DNA of 48,827 nt from a virus (taxonomy: Duplodnaviria; Caudoviricetes): IMG/VR virus record IMGVR_UViG_3300028536_000021, positions 1-48,827 of that record. One strand, 5' to 3'. The notes beneath the pieces are model-generated. The model was given only the letters and a program-made list of their open reading frames with translations, had not been told where the DNA came from and searched no databases. Shown here piece after piece: positions 23,193 to 32,885 of the stretch. The first letter of the stretch is position 1. The number at the start of each line of letters is the position of its first letter. The position numbers and the translations under genes are program-made.

Positions 23193-25327
23193 TTTGGCTT
23201 TCCGTAGAGCTTTTGGTACAACTCACCGGTGAAGATCTGCTGAACCTGTTCTGGCGTGGGTTTGATCCCGGAGCGTTTCATGACACGTTGCTCGATGTCG
23301 CTGTATTCCTCACTAGGAGGACCAACGTCGAACAATCTACCTTTGTGGCCGAACACCCACTCGCCTGTGTATGGAGTTGCCTTCTTGAGGTCTTCTCCAT
23401 AAGGCAAAGAAAGCTCTCCGACTAACCTAGAGGCCATGTCCTGAAGATCTTGGCCCTTCGGAAGAGTCTTGTAGACGCCTTCGTAGAGCTTCAGTTGTTC
23501 TTGTAAAGCCCCGCGGAATTTATTAACGGAATCTTTGTCCTGGAGGACATCGTCGGGAATTTGGTGTTTGACTTGGTTGAAGAACAGCGTCACCGAAGGA
23601 TCGGCAATGGACTTCTGGCGCAGGCGGTTCTGTAAGTCTCCGAAGTGTTTCTTGTCAGCAAGGGAAAGCTTGGGATTGCCGACAATGTCTTCCTCGAGAA
23701 ACTTTGGAATCCCTTCATCGTGCGTCGACTCTCCAGCAAGGCGGAAGCGTTCGTTGATATCGGTGATGGGGTTTTTTGTGATCTGGCGAGTCAACTGCTC
23801 CTGCATCTTGGCGGGAAGTTGGTTCCAAGCACCAGCGGCCCCAGGAACCTTGAGCAAATCCCCCACAGTCGTCGGTGCGTTCTGGCCGTTCAATGTCTCC
23901 AAGATAGTGCTGACGTTGGCTTGGTCTTGTTGGCGATCGTATTGGAAATTGCGATTGTAGAGCTGTGTCGCCTCCTGCCGCACCCGCTCTTCCATCTCCG
24001 GTGGGGCATTGGGCAGCGCCGATCGCATCTGGCCAACCGCGCCTTCGACGTAGTCTTTCTCGGGGATATCGTAGGCCCGAACCCGCCGAAGCGGAGCACC
24101 GCCAGAGAGCTGAACGTGGTTTGGGTCCCGCTGCCCAACACCGCCAGAGAGGAACTCCAGGCCGTACTTGGCGGCCGTGGTCTGGCCCTGGGCGTCCGAT
24201 TGCTTCAGCCAATTGGCGAACCCACTATCCACATCAGCGGCTTGCCCAAACTCGTGCCGAGAAGTTCCAGGCTGTGCGGCAGGATGAGCGAACACTCCGC
24301 CAGGCATTGCCTCATGGCGCGCCCGGATCTCGGCCTGTTCTTCATAGGTGCGGACGAGGGAGTCGATTTTGGCCGTTTGCCCTGTGGATCGCTCGTAGGC
24401 CGTGATGGCCGCAACCATGTTCTGGCCGAACTGCTGATCTACGCCCCGAGAGCGCACATCAGCGCTCAGTCCTCGACGGGCTAGAAAGGTCTCGGGGTCA
24501 TCGAAGTTCTTCTGGTTCTTGTCAACGAATGACCGAGCGCCGGTGGACATCAGATGTGAGTGAACGAATGACTCAACTCGATCACGATCTTGACCATGAA
24601 GCTTGCCGGATTCAATCGACTCGTCGAGCATCTTCCTTGCCGCGACTGGGTCGGTGCGAGCGGTATTGTCGATCCGATTTGCAATGGCCTTGGATTGGTT
24701 CTTGAAGGTCAGCTGAGCAATGGAGTCCGCGTCCATGCCGGCAAGGTCCCCGAACTGCTGGGTCCGACCTTGGATTGTTCGGAGGTGGCCGGCGAACTCA
24801 TTGTCGTCGGCAGCATAGGCCGCGGAGTCTTGCGCGGCTTCGATAGCTGTCGTGGCGGAAGTGGCTGCGGCTTGGCGGTTCTGGCTAGCAGCGTGATCGG
24901 CGCCAGCGATGATAGCGCGATTAGTGACGGAAAGGGCAGTGTGGTCGAACATCTTCGCCGCAGCAGGATTGGACATCCCATCGCGGATTTGCTGGCGAAG
25001 TTGGTCGTTGGAGTCACGGAAGCCTGCGTAGCCGTCGACCGCGTTCTTTCCACGGGAGTCGAGGTACTTGACACGGAGATCCCCGCTCTGCCGCTCTAGG
25101 GTGCTCAGTGCATCAGTGGCCTCGGTCTCATTCCGAAGCTGCTGCATTGCTACAGCACGGGTGGCAAGCTCTCCTCCAACCTGCTCCTCGGTTGAACCAA
25201 GGTGCTCGATGGCTTGAGCAATAGTCGACCCGAAGGCCGCAGGAGGGGCATTGACGGCCAACCGAGGCGGTGAGCGAGGCTGCGGGGAGACATCCGGGAC
25301 GGGCTGATAAGGCACCTGAACCATCAA
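23189..25327 (-). CDS. Internal virion protein (gp15 position) with M15 Zn-peptidase domain
   Basis: SLVRTYEEQ…AAQPGTSRHEFGQAAD…DPNHVQL. Confidence 0.82.
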   Translation of the reverse strand: MMVQVPYQPVPDVSPQPRSPPRLAVNAPPAAFGSTIAQAIEHLGSTEEQVGGELATRAVAMQQLRNETEATDALSTLERQSGDLRVKYLDSRGKNAVDGYAGFRDSNDQLRQQIRDGMSNPAAAKMFDHTALSVTNRAIIAGADHAASQNRQAAATSATTAIEAAQDSAAYAADDNEFAGHLRTIQGRTQQFGDLAGMDADSIAQLTFKNQSKAIANRIDNTARTDPVAARKMLDESIESGKLHGQDRDRVESFVHSHLMSTGARSFVDKNQKNFDDPETFLARRGLSADVRSRGVDQQFGQNMVAAITAYERSTGQTAKIDSLVRTYEEQAEIRARHEAMPGGVFAHPAAQPGTSRHEFGQAADVDSGFANWLKQSDAQGQTTAAKYGLEFLSGGVGQRDPNHVQLSGGAPLRRVRAYDIPEKDYVEGAVGQMRSALPNAPPEMEERVRQEATQLYNRNFQYDRQQDQANVSTILETLNGQNAPTTVGDLLKVPGAAGAWNQLPAKMQEQLTRQITKNPITDINERFRLAGESTHDEGIPKFLEEDIVGNPKLSLADKKHFGDLQNRLRQKSIADPSVTLFFNQVKHQIPDDVLQDKDSVNKFRGALQEQLKLYEGVYKTLPKGQDLQDMASRLVGELSLPYGEDLKKATPYTGEWVFGHKGRLFDVGPPSEEYSDIEQRVMKRSGIKPTPEQVQQIFTGELYQKLYGKPK

Positions 25328-25854
25328 ATCACCCCCTCGCCCTGGAACTTCGTGAACTTACTCCCAAAGCTCCCCGCGGCGCCAAGGATCGACGTGAAGC
25401 CACCGATCAGCCCGGCCGTTTGGGAATTACTCGCCGCCATAGTGTCAACCTGGCCCTGAGCAGTGTCGTTGGCCGCCTGGACCTCGGCGCTATAAGCGTT
25501 GAAGGCAGCGTTGGAACGGATCAAGGCTTGGTCCTCAGCGCCGATCTCGGCCTCGGAGGCTCGGACTTGGACGTTAGAGCCAGAGTTCACATCAAGTCCC
25601 GAGGCGCCCTGCTGAGCTCTAGTCTGGCCAATCTGAGCACGGGTCTTCATCCCCTGCTGTTGGGCCTGGACCTCACCAACGGCGGTATCGTAAGCGGCGG
25701 TTTGCTTAGCAATCTGGGCGTTCATCGCCGCAATGCCAGCCTGGTAGTTGTACATAGCGGCGCTGGACTGGCCGCCGAAGATGCTACCGACGGCGCTGGT
25801 TATACCACCTAAAGCCGTGGCGCCAAGACTAGCGCCCGCTACTGCTGTTGCCAT
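25324..25854 (-). CDS. Internal virion protein (gp14-like)
   Basis: Gly/Ala-rich hydrophobic ends; QGASGLDVNSGS. Confidence 0.78.
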   Translation of the reverse strand: MATAVAGASLGATALGGITSAVGSIFGGQSSAAMYNYQAGIAAMNAQIAKQTAAYDTAVGEVQAQQQGMKTRAQIGQTRAQQGASGLDVNSGSNVQVRASEAEIGAEDQALIRSNAAFNAYSAEVQAANDTAQGQVDTMAASNSQTAGLIGGFTSILGAAGSFGSKFTKFQGEGVI

Positions 25855-26264
25855 CGAGATATCCTAAATCCCACATGCTCGCCACTACCGCTACCATCAA
25901 ACTTAGCGCCAAGCCATTCCAGCCATCGGCGGCCAGGATCATTATCACACCGACAGAGGCCAATAACAGACGGGTACAATTCAAGAATCTCGGCGACAAC
26001 TTTCCGACTCCACCGCATGAAGCGCAGCGGGTGCTGGACGCAAAGCCTCGTAGAGATCATCCAGAGGTACGGTTCGGAGGAGAATAGCGTGGCTGGGATA
26101 AGGCCAATCGCCACAGCTTCAACCCCGTCCGCCCTACCAAGCCAAATGACACTGCTACGACGAACACAATCGCCGTGGCTATCAATAACAGAAGAAGGAC
26201 AATCGTGGCCAAGAAGGTTTCGAAGGTTGAAGCTGCTGACGCGTTCAATTGTCACCTCCATCAC
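25839..26264 (-). CDS. GNAT-fold tail assembly protein (T7 gp13-like)
   Basis: PYLWMIS…RRWLEWLGAKF; follows tubular protein B. Confidence 0.68.
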   Translation of the reverse strand: MMEVTIERVSSFNLRNLLGHDCPSSVIDSHGDCVRRSSVIWLGRADGVEAVAIGLIPATLFSSEPYLWMISTRLCVQHPLRFMRWSRKVVAEILELYPSVIGLCRCDNDPGRRWLEWLGAKFDGSGSGEHVGFRISRWQQQ

Positions 26265-28870
26265 TTGTCTCCGACGACGTACTCGGGAATGATCCCAAGA
26301 ATGCTGGCCGGAACCGGGTCATCGATCTGGAAGCAAACCTGCCCAGGCACGTCCCAGAGCGGATCGACAACCACGCGGGTATCGCCAGAGATCAGCGGGA
26401 TCGGGGTCCCAATCGGCACGGAGATGTTCATGTCCTTCATTGAGACCAAGGTGGAGAAGGTCCGGCCAGCCTTCAACCCTCGGGAATCCGCAAGCTTGAA
26501 GTTCAGTGCCCCGATCTTCTTGCGCTTGCCTTGGATGCTAGGCTCGCCGAGGTCCAGCGGCATGGTCTTGCCCTGGCATTGGAAGCCAAGCCCGGCGGTC
26601 ACTTTGGTCGCAGGGGAGGCAAGGGTTATCGAGCCGTCCGCCGCAACCACCTGTGGAGCAACCACACCACCATCGGCGAGGATAGAAACGGACTGGCCGA
26701 TCAGGTAGTCAAGGCCCCAGAACTGAGTCGCCGGCTTCGCAATCGACCAAGAGCCGGCAGCGACCGGTACCGGAACCGAAGGGGAGATATCAGGAATGAC
26801 CAAGGTCGGGGTCTGGGAGACCGTCGCGGTGACCTGGGTCGGTGAGACGAAGGCGGTGACGAGGAAGATGCCGAAGTCAGCCCGGAGGACCTGCCCGACA
26901 CTGGCGAGGCTAAAGACCGCGGCGCTTGCCAAGACCGTCACCGTTCCAGAGGCGCCGGAGATAGTGATCGTTGCGTTCGGCGTCGGCAGGGACGATTGGA
27001 TCCCACAATCCATACACCAAGCGTCTTCGATCCCATAGTCGAACTGCCTCTCCATCTGCCGCTCAATGAACTGGACGAAGTTCCCGTTCACAAACCTCTG
27101 AACAACGAAGTAAGTAGCGTCTACCGCGCCCTCCTGCACAGCCGTCACGGATTGGTAAAGGCCTTGCGTGTCGTGCCTTGCCCAACCGGAAATCTGTTGT
27201 TCCTTCATGAAGGTCAGTGACAGCGCCACACCGTCGTTCCTGATCGCCCAGACTATCTTGAAGGGCTCCTCGGAATAGGCCCACTGGAGAATCTGCTTTC
27301 GATAGAAGAGGTGGTTAGATTTGATTGAGATATCGGTTCCGGTGTAGATCGCCGCGTAGATGTTGTAGGCAAGATCGCGTACGATAGAACCCTTCGCCTG
27401 GACATAGAGGATGTCTTCATTGACCACGATTGGCGGAACACTGCTGGCTCCGTTGTAGGCCTGGGGAACGATGGTGGCGTTGGACGGAGTCACGGCTAGA
27501 GTGGCGTTGGTGCCTTGGCCTGTGTTGAGGGTGAAGGCAGCCCGACCGGTCAGCATAATCAGCCCTCCAGGCATCGGCAGCATCGATTGGATGGAGTTTA
27601 GCTGGGTCGAGACGATCGTCCCAGTGATCTCATCGTCGGCCTGGATCGGGTCGGAGGTGTTGAAGTTGTTAAACGCCCCGGGCTGAGAGCCCCAGAAGGT
27701 GGCTTGTTGGGTATTGGTAGAGGCGTACCACGCGCGCTGTTGGAAGAACACCACGCAGCCGGGGTTGTTGCCATTGGCGAAGGGCATGTTGTTGGTGACG
27801 GGTGGAGTGGTGGAGAAGTCTGGGGAGATGTTGGAGTCGATAAAAGAAGTCCCGGCATTTCCATTAGTTAGACCAACAAAACCATAAGCAACTCCGGCTG
27901 GTACCTGTGTAGTTGGTTGAAAATTCCAACTGGATTTATAGATATTATATCCAATTGCTCCAGTCACAGCCGCCCATGTTAATGTAATAGTACCAGTGGT
28001 TACACTGATTGGGACTACATTATCAATGTAAGCAGGCGTGGAGGCGAGGCTTTCCTGACCGTTAGAATCAACCGCCGTGACTACATACGAGAAATTCGCA
28101 AGCGGACCGGTGTAACTTCCTGGTACTGGTGTAGAAGATAATGCAAGACCCGTCGGCGACGCAATAGTAGTCCCGAACTGAATCTGCGTGAAGAACCAGT
28201 TCGTCGGACCTGCAAAGGTCAGAGTCTCCGGCGGATAGCTCGGATGGGTGATGTAGAGAACACTCACGCTCTCTACAAACTTGATCAGCGCAAGATCCGC
28301 CGCGGCGTAGGGCGAGGCAATTGTGTAGACGCGGGACGCAGTCGCCCCACCAGTGTAAGCTCCGAAGGCCGAAGTATCGAGCGGAATAGCGCCGTTCGTT
28401 GTCAGCAGCGTCACCACCCCACCAGACGAGGACCCGACCTGGAGGTACCTGCCGTTGGCCTGAGGCATCCCGTTGGTGCCAATGAGGAAGATCCAATCCC
28501 CTGCCGCGAAGTTGTTCCCGGGCACCACGGCCTGAGCAGCGGTTGAGCGGGTGATTGAGGAGACGGAGAACGGAGCTTCAAGGACCGGAGCGCCGTTGTT
28601 GATAAAGCGGCAGTACTTGTCGCCGAACTCGATCACATAGGTGGTGGTGACGGAGACGGAGAAGCCGATCAAGCGGACAGGAGTAGAGGACTTAAGGGAC
28701 TGGATGACAAACTTCGTCCCTGATCGCGAGGAGATCCCGGAGCGATAGTCCACAAAGAAGTTCCGGCAGGTCACGAGCCCTTGATGATACGACGCAAGGT
28801 CGGTCCTCGCATACATGCTAGGCGCTAGCTCACCGGCGGAGAAGGATGTCTGGGCTAGGTTGTCAGAAAT
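26261..28870 (-). CDS. Tail tubular protein B / nozzle (gp12-like); probable AUU start at 28870, first ATG at 28816
   Basis: QTSFSAGELAP…RTD N-terminus; VIEFGDKYCRF; FFQQR; GWARH; AWCMDCG. Confidence 0.85.
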   Translation of the reverse strand: MSDNLAQTSFSAGELAPSMYARTDLASYHQGLVTCRNFFVDYRSGISSRSGTKFVIQSLKSSTPVRLIGFSVSVTTTYVIEFGDKYCRFINNGAPVLEAPFSVSSITRSTAAQAVVPGNNFAAGDWIFLIGTNGMPQANGRYLQVGSSSGGVVTLLTTNGAIPLDTSAFGAYTGGATASRVYTIASPYAAADLALIKFVESVSVLYITHPSYPPETLTFAGPTNWFFTQIQFGTTIASPTGLALSSTPVPGSYTGPLANFSYVVTAVDSNGQESLASTPAYIDNVVPISVTTGTITLTWAAVTGAIGYNIYKSSWNFQPTTQVPAGVAYGFVGLTNGNAGTSFIDSNISPDFSTTPPVTNNMPFANGNNPGCVVFFQQRAWYASTNTQQATFWGSQPGAFNNFNTSDPIQADDEITGTIVSTQLNSIQSMLPMPGGLIMLTGRAAFTLNTGQGTNATLAVTPSNATIVPQAYNGASSVPPIVVNEDILYVQAKGSIVRDLAYNIYAAIYTGTDISIKSNHLFYRKQILQWAYSEEPFKIVWAIRNDGVALSLTFMKEQQISGWARHDTQGLYQSVTAVQEGAVDATYFVVQRFVNGNFVQFIERQMERQFDYGIEDAWCMDCGIQSSLPTPNATITISGASGTVTVLASAAVFSLASVGQVLRADFGIFLVTAFVSPTQVTATVSQTPTLVIPDISPSVPVPVAAGSWSIAKPATQFWGLDYLIGQSVSILADGGVVAPQVVAADGSITLASPATKVTAGLGFQCQGKTMPLDLGEPSIQGKRKKIGALNFKLADSRGLKAGRTFSTLVSMKDMNISVPIGTPIPLISGDTRVVVDPLWDVPGQVCFQIDDPVPASILGIIPEYVVGDK

Positions 28871-28902
28871 TTTAGCCTCCCTAGTTCAATCATACATTCT
28901 CC

Positions 28903-29718
28903 TCACCCGTAACTCGGCAACAAACCGCCGAAATCAACCAGCCCCCAACCAGGAGTCACGGCAAAGTCCCACGAGAAGTCCACCCCGCGGGTCCGAAGCC
29001 AGTCCGGGGTGATGTCATTGATCGTCAGGCCCTCGTTACCATCAGCCGCCCGGGCGATCTGGATAGTCTCGTTCGCGTCCTTTATCCGCATATTGGCCAA
29101 GGCCTTGTCGCCGGTCAGGTCAATCGCCAACATGGACGACAGGTAGCTTGACCAAGCGCCCTGGAGCAAATCGTCCATGACGCTAGGATCGGTGACGTCC
29201 TTAAGGTAGCCAAGGATGGCGAACTCTTGGTTGGTCCAAATGACCTTCACATCCGGACCACCAACCGCCGGCACACCATTGACGACCTGATCGATCCCAA
29301 CGGCGAACTTGACCGGCGGCCCTGTCCAAAACGCCGGGGCGCCACCGGTGACCGCGGTGGTGATCGGCACCCCAGGCGCGAAGCCAGTGTTGAACTGTGG
29401 GACGATGTAGATTGGTCGGACACAATCGGCCGGATAGGCGTACTCATAGCTCCAGGGCGGTGGCGGCTGGCCTTTCTGCCAAGTGACCGTGCCGCCAGAA
29501 GGGTTCTCCGGCGTCCCTGGCGCCGCGGCGATCAATGCCAAAACGTTGAAGTTCTTCGCTGAGTTCCACGGGGCCATCCGAAGAAGCCGCCGACGGCAGG
29601 TGTCGATCCACTTGTTCACAGCCAGCGCTTCGTTGGACTGTTCGTCCAACGAAGCAATCTGCGATCGGGTGCCAATCAAGCTCAGCGCCTGATTGGCAAT
29701 GTCGACTTGGGAGGTCAC
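28903..29718 (-). CDS. Tail tubular protein A / adaptor (gp11-like)
   Basis: GTG start; VDIANQALSLIG…PWNSA…YAYPADC…PDWLRTR. Confidence 0.82.
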   Translation of the reverse strand: MTSQVDIANQALSLIGTRSQIASLDEQSNEALAVNKWIDTCRRRLLRMAPWNSAKNFNVLALIAAAPGTPENPSGGTVTWQKGQPPPPWSYEYAYPADCVRPIYIVPQFNTGFAPGVPITTAVTGGAPAFWTGPPVKFAVGIDQVVNGVPAVGGPDVKVIWTNQEFAILGYLKDVTDPSVMDDLLQGAWSSYLSSMLAIDLTGDKALANMRIKDANETIQIARAADGNEGLTINDITPDWLRTRGVDFSWDFAVTPGWGLVDFGGLLPSYG

Positions 29719-29931
29719 CTAGTGCTTCCCTTGCGTCCCACAGCACCGAACGGAGTCGCCCCCAAGGCCGACCATGCCGGAGGTCTGTTTGGATTCAGAG
29801 TAAGGGCCTTGCGAACCTTGCTTCCCACAGTTATCGCCTTGCAGACCGGGAGCCTGAGCCTCGTCGATGTTCCTTGGGCCTTTGGGCGCCTGGTAGTTCA
29901 TTGTGGTTGTGGATGAGCGACCTTGTTTCAT
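29719..29931 (-). CDS. Small Gly-rich protein, paralogue of 30089-30325
   Basis: MKQGR…CGTQGKH. Confidence 0.7.
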   Translation of the reverse strand: MKQGRSSTTTMNYQAPKGPRNIDEAQAPGLQGDNCGKQGSQGPYSESKQTSGMVGLGGDSVRCCGTQGKH

Positions 29932-30065
29932 TCTTCGTCCTCCTCAACGCCCGCCACCGCAGCGATCAGTGACTGCCGCGCCGCAGCGTGGACCTGCGCC
30001 AACGCCGGATCACCGGCCGTTCCATTCAACACCGCTACCATTGCCGCCAAATCTAACCAGTTCAT
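29928..30065 (-). CDS. Small protein, 45 aa (MNWLDLAAMVAVLNG…EEDEE)
   Basis: AAGGAG SD; ATGA coupling. Confidence 0.6.
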   Translation of the reverse strand: MNWLDLAAMVAVLNGTAGDPALAQVHAAARQSLIAAVAGVEEDEE

Positions 30066-30088
30066 CCTTGTCTCCTTTGAGAGTTGCC

Positions 30089-30325
30089 TTAGTACTGTCC
30101 TTGAGAACCACAGCTCTTTACTTTCCTGTTGGCCCCTGGCCCTTGGCCCATGCCATCGGTCGGACCATTGTGCGCTGCAGCATAGCCCGGCCCGTCATGG
30201 AACTTCTCGGCCGCCTTCGGGTCGATCGCTGAGCCGAGCTGTGAGGGGAAGTTCTGATTGATCGCATAGGGCCGAGGTTCGACCTTCGGAGCCGAGGTGT
30301 TGGAGCTAGCTCTACCTTGCTTCAT
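30089..30325 (-). CDS. Small Gly-rich protein
   Basis: AAGGAG SD; MKQGR…CGSQGQY. Confidence 0.72.
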   Translation of the reverse strand: MKQGRASSNTSAPKVEPRPYAINQNFPSQLGSAIDPKAAEKFHDGPGYAAAHNGPTDGMGQGPGANRKVKSCGSQGQY

Positions 30326-30725
30326 TGGAGTTCTCCTTTGGCTTGCCTAATTGCCTCGTGTGATCCCACCGATTGTCTGGGTCCTTGGCCATCTCCCGCC
30401 GGACTTTCTCGAACACGCCGCCGTCGGTATGGGCCTCTTCGAGAAGTTGGCGGTACCGGTCGTCGCAGCGTTCCATTTCTCGCAGGATATGTTGCGGAAC
30501 CGGAAGCCCACGCTCTTCGTGCATGTTCACGATGTCATGAACATCATGGCAGTACATAATAAACCGCCGCATCTTCTCCGAGACTTCCTTCTCGGCCTCT
30601 TTCATGTAGAAGACAACATCCTGCATCATCTTCTTGACTGATTGCATCTCCTGAGCGCCACGCAGCGTGTTGGTTTGGATCTGGGCGAGAACTTCAAGAA
30701 GTTTGTTGAATTGTTCCTCAGACAC
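30312..30725 (-). CDS. Hypothetical helical protein (GTG start, MSEEQFNK…)
   Basis: GGAGGG SD before GTG 30725. Confidence 0.68.
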   Translation of the reverse strand: MSEEQFNKLLEVLAQIQTNTLRGAQEMQSVKKMMQDVVFYMKEAEKEVSEKMRRFIMYCHDVHDIVNMHEERGLPVPQHILREMERCDDRYRQLLEEAHTDGGVFEKVRREMAKDPDNRWDHTRQLGKPKENSNEAR

Positions 30726-30918
30726 TTGCCGACCCTCCTGTTCCCCCAGCGCCTCCAGGGCCTTGGAGGCGCTTCTTCTTCCGGAGAATTCCGGTCTTCG
30801 CATCAGCGCGGTTGAAGTCCTTCCCGACTGACTGCGGGACCCCGGCTTTCTTCGCGAAGGCTGGGCTGTGCGCAACGGCTGCCATGAGCCTGGCTTGAGA
30901 TTTGCTGGTGCTGGGCAT
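30718..30918 (-). CDS. Conserved small phage protein (MPSTSKSQARLMAAVAHSPAFAKKAGVPQSVGKDF)
   Basis: N-terminus resembles a common small podovirus protein; TAATG coupling. Confidence 0.75.
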   Translation of the reverse strand: MPSTSKSQARLMAAVAHSPAFAKKAGVPQSVGKDFNRADAKTGILRKKKRLQGPGGAGGTGGSASV

Positions 30919-32750
30919 TAGATGAAGAGCTCCGAGAAGTTCATATTACCACCGTTGATTGTCATACCGCCAGAGTTACCAGCGCCGAAGTTTATAGAGT
31001 AAGTCGCTGAGGCTCCGGGCACATCGAAGGCTGATAGCGAGGCCAAGGAGCCAAAGACGGTGTAGCTGACCCCTGTGTTGGTAAAATTGAAGCTGTTTGA
31101 TGTTATCTGCGTTCCTCCGCGAAATATAGCAGGTGCGAAGGTATTACTACTAGCGCCAACAAGGAATTCAACACCAATCTGCGCCTCAACCTTCACCACG
31201 TTGCAAGGACTAACTAGCGAAAGAGGCACAGAGGTAGAGCCGGAGTTGAATTGGCACTTGACCAAATCCCCCGGCTTCTTCTGCCCAGGGCCAAACAGCT
31301 GGACCTTGCTCGGCGCCGTCGCCCAAGTCCCTGCGGTGGCTTGAGTCGATTCGATGTAGCCAATGATTCGGAAAGCCCGAGAGGTCTGTGAAGTCGCCGC
31401 GTACCAAGTCTGTGTAGAAGTCGAGCCAGCGGAGATCCCAGTCGGGCTCGGAGCAACACTTTCGTCCCAAGCAACGATCTGGGAAGAAGCCGCCAGCAGG
31501 GAGTTGTAGACGCCGAGAACAGGTCCGGAGACGCCATCAAACACCCCAACCCAGATCCGATTTGGCAAGCCGGAGACGGTGCCCAGGGTTGCACCGACAG
31601 GAACGGTGATCGAAAGGGGCGTGGTGATAGCGCGAGTGACTGAGTTCCCGCCTGCCGAGACGGTGTAGAGGACTGGCGAGGACGGAGTCGGATCATTCCC
31701 ACTCCAGTCCTTGATGGCAATGGTCAGGGCGTTCGAGGCAACAGTGGCGTTAAGTTGGAGATTCAGCGGCGCGTTGAGGCCTGTCCGCTGGCCGAAGTCA
31801 ATAAACCAAGCCCCCGCCGCGTTGGTCTGAACAAATACCGTAACCCCCGGCGGCAATGTCAGGCCTTGTCCTGTCGGAGCCCCAACAAAGTTGTCCGAGG
31901 CGTTGATTGCCAGGGTGACTGCAAAGCCATTCGTTTGAATCCAGAACCCAAAGCTGGGGAATAGCGTCGAGGAAAGCGGAAAGGTGTAGGTTATTGGGGC
32001 AAAGACCTGACGTCGAGTGAGATCAAAGCCAGCCACAACAGACTGATTAACAGCATCAGCAATAAACCCAAAAACAACTCTCGCGTTTCCGGCTCCATCG
32101 TCCTGAAGTCCTGCGCCGATGCCTTCCGTTGCCATAGCCCCAAGGCCAAAGGCAGTTCGGCCGGCAGCGAGGGTAGCAGCGGCTACGACAGGAGCCATGG
32201 CAGAGGAGACAGGCGAGTTAGCCCCACCACCTGCGGAGGCTGTTGGGTTGCCGCTAGAATCCCAAGTGAAGAACAATCCGGCCCTCGCGGCAACAGCGGG
32301 AACAGGGCCCGGAGTTGGATCAGAGACTGAGACCACTAGGGCTCGGTTCTGGATCTCAAGGATCTGCTGCGAGGTCATCATCTCGTAGTCGAGGGCCTCC
32401 TCGACCACAGGCTGCCAGAGGGTTCCTTGGTTAGCCAAGGAGGTGTTCTGCTGAAGCGGAAGAGCGCGGAGGATGGTGAGGAAGGAGCCGAAGGGAATCG
32501 GCGAGCCAGGATTGTAGGTGACGCTGCCGCCGACCGGAGTTGGATTGGTGCCGGTGGGAGGGTTCACGATGAGGATGTAGGCAGTCGGCGCGAGCAGGCT
32601 CACCACGCCAGAGGTATTGGTGAAGTAAACCTGGATCTGCGCGGATTGTTGCGTCAGAGTGCCTGCGGGCACGTCGAAGGTGAACGGAAAGACCGTCGCC
32701 GAGGCGTTGCCGGGGTAGATGATTTTGTTCAGGGTTGTGGAGACGGTCAT
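30918..32750 (-). CDS. Tail fibre protein with T7 gp17-like N-terminal anchor
   Basis: MTVSTT…YPGNASATVFPFTF…EEALDYEMMTSQQ; ARTAFGLG-type motif; beta-rich body. Confidence 0.82.
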   Translation of the reverse strand: MTVSTTLNKIIYPGNASATVFPFTFDVPAGTLTQQSAQIQVYFTNTSGVVSLLAPTAYILIVNPPTGTNPTPVGGSVTYNPGSPIPFGSFLTILRALPLQQNTSLANQGTLWQPVVEEALDYEMMTSQQILEIQNRALVVSVSDPTPGPVPAVAARAGLFFTWDSSGNPTASAGGGANSPVSSAMAPVVAAATLAAGRTAFGLGAMATEGIGAGLQDDGAGNARVVFGFIADAVNQSVVAGFDLTRRQVFAPITYTFPLSSTLFPSFGFWIQTNGFAVTLAINASDNFVGAPTGQGLTLPPGVTVFVQTNAAGAWFIDFGQRTGLNAPLNLQLNATVASNALTIAIKDWSGNDPTPSSPVLYTVSAGGNSVTRAITTPLSITVPVGATLGTVSGLPNRIWVGVFDGVSGPVLGVYNSLLAASSQIVAWDESVAPSPTGISAGSTSTQTWYAATSQTSRAFRIIGYIESTQATAGTWATAPSKVQLFGPGQKKPGDLVKCQFNSGSTSVPLSLVSPCNVVKVEAQIGVEFLVGASSNTFAPAIFRGGTQITSNSFNFTNTGVSYTVFGSLASLSAFDVPGASATYSINFGAGNSGGMTINGGNMNFSELFI

Positions 32751-32885
32751 TCTTTCTTCGCCTCTTCAACATTAGTGAACCGATTTCACATCCGTAGATG
32801 CGACGGGCCATGGAGAACCATCGTAACAGCGACCAAAGGCGCATGAGAAGTTCAAGTCGAGATCACGCGCCGATGCGAACCGCTC

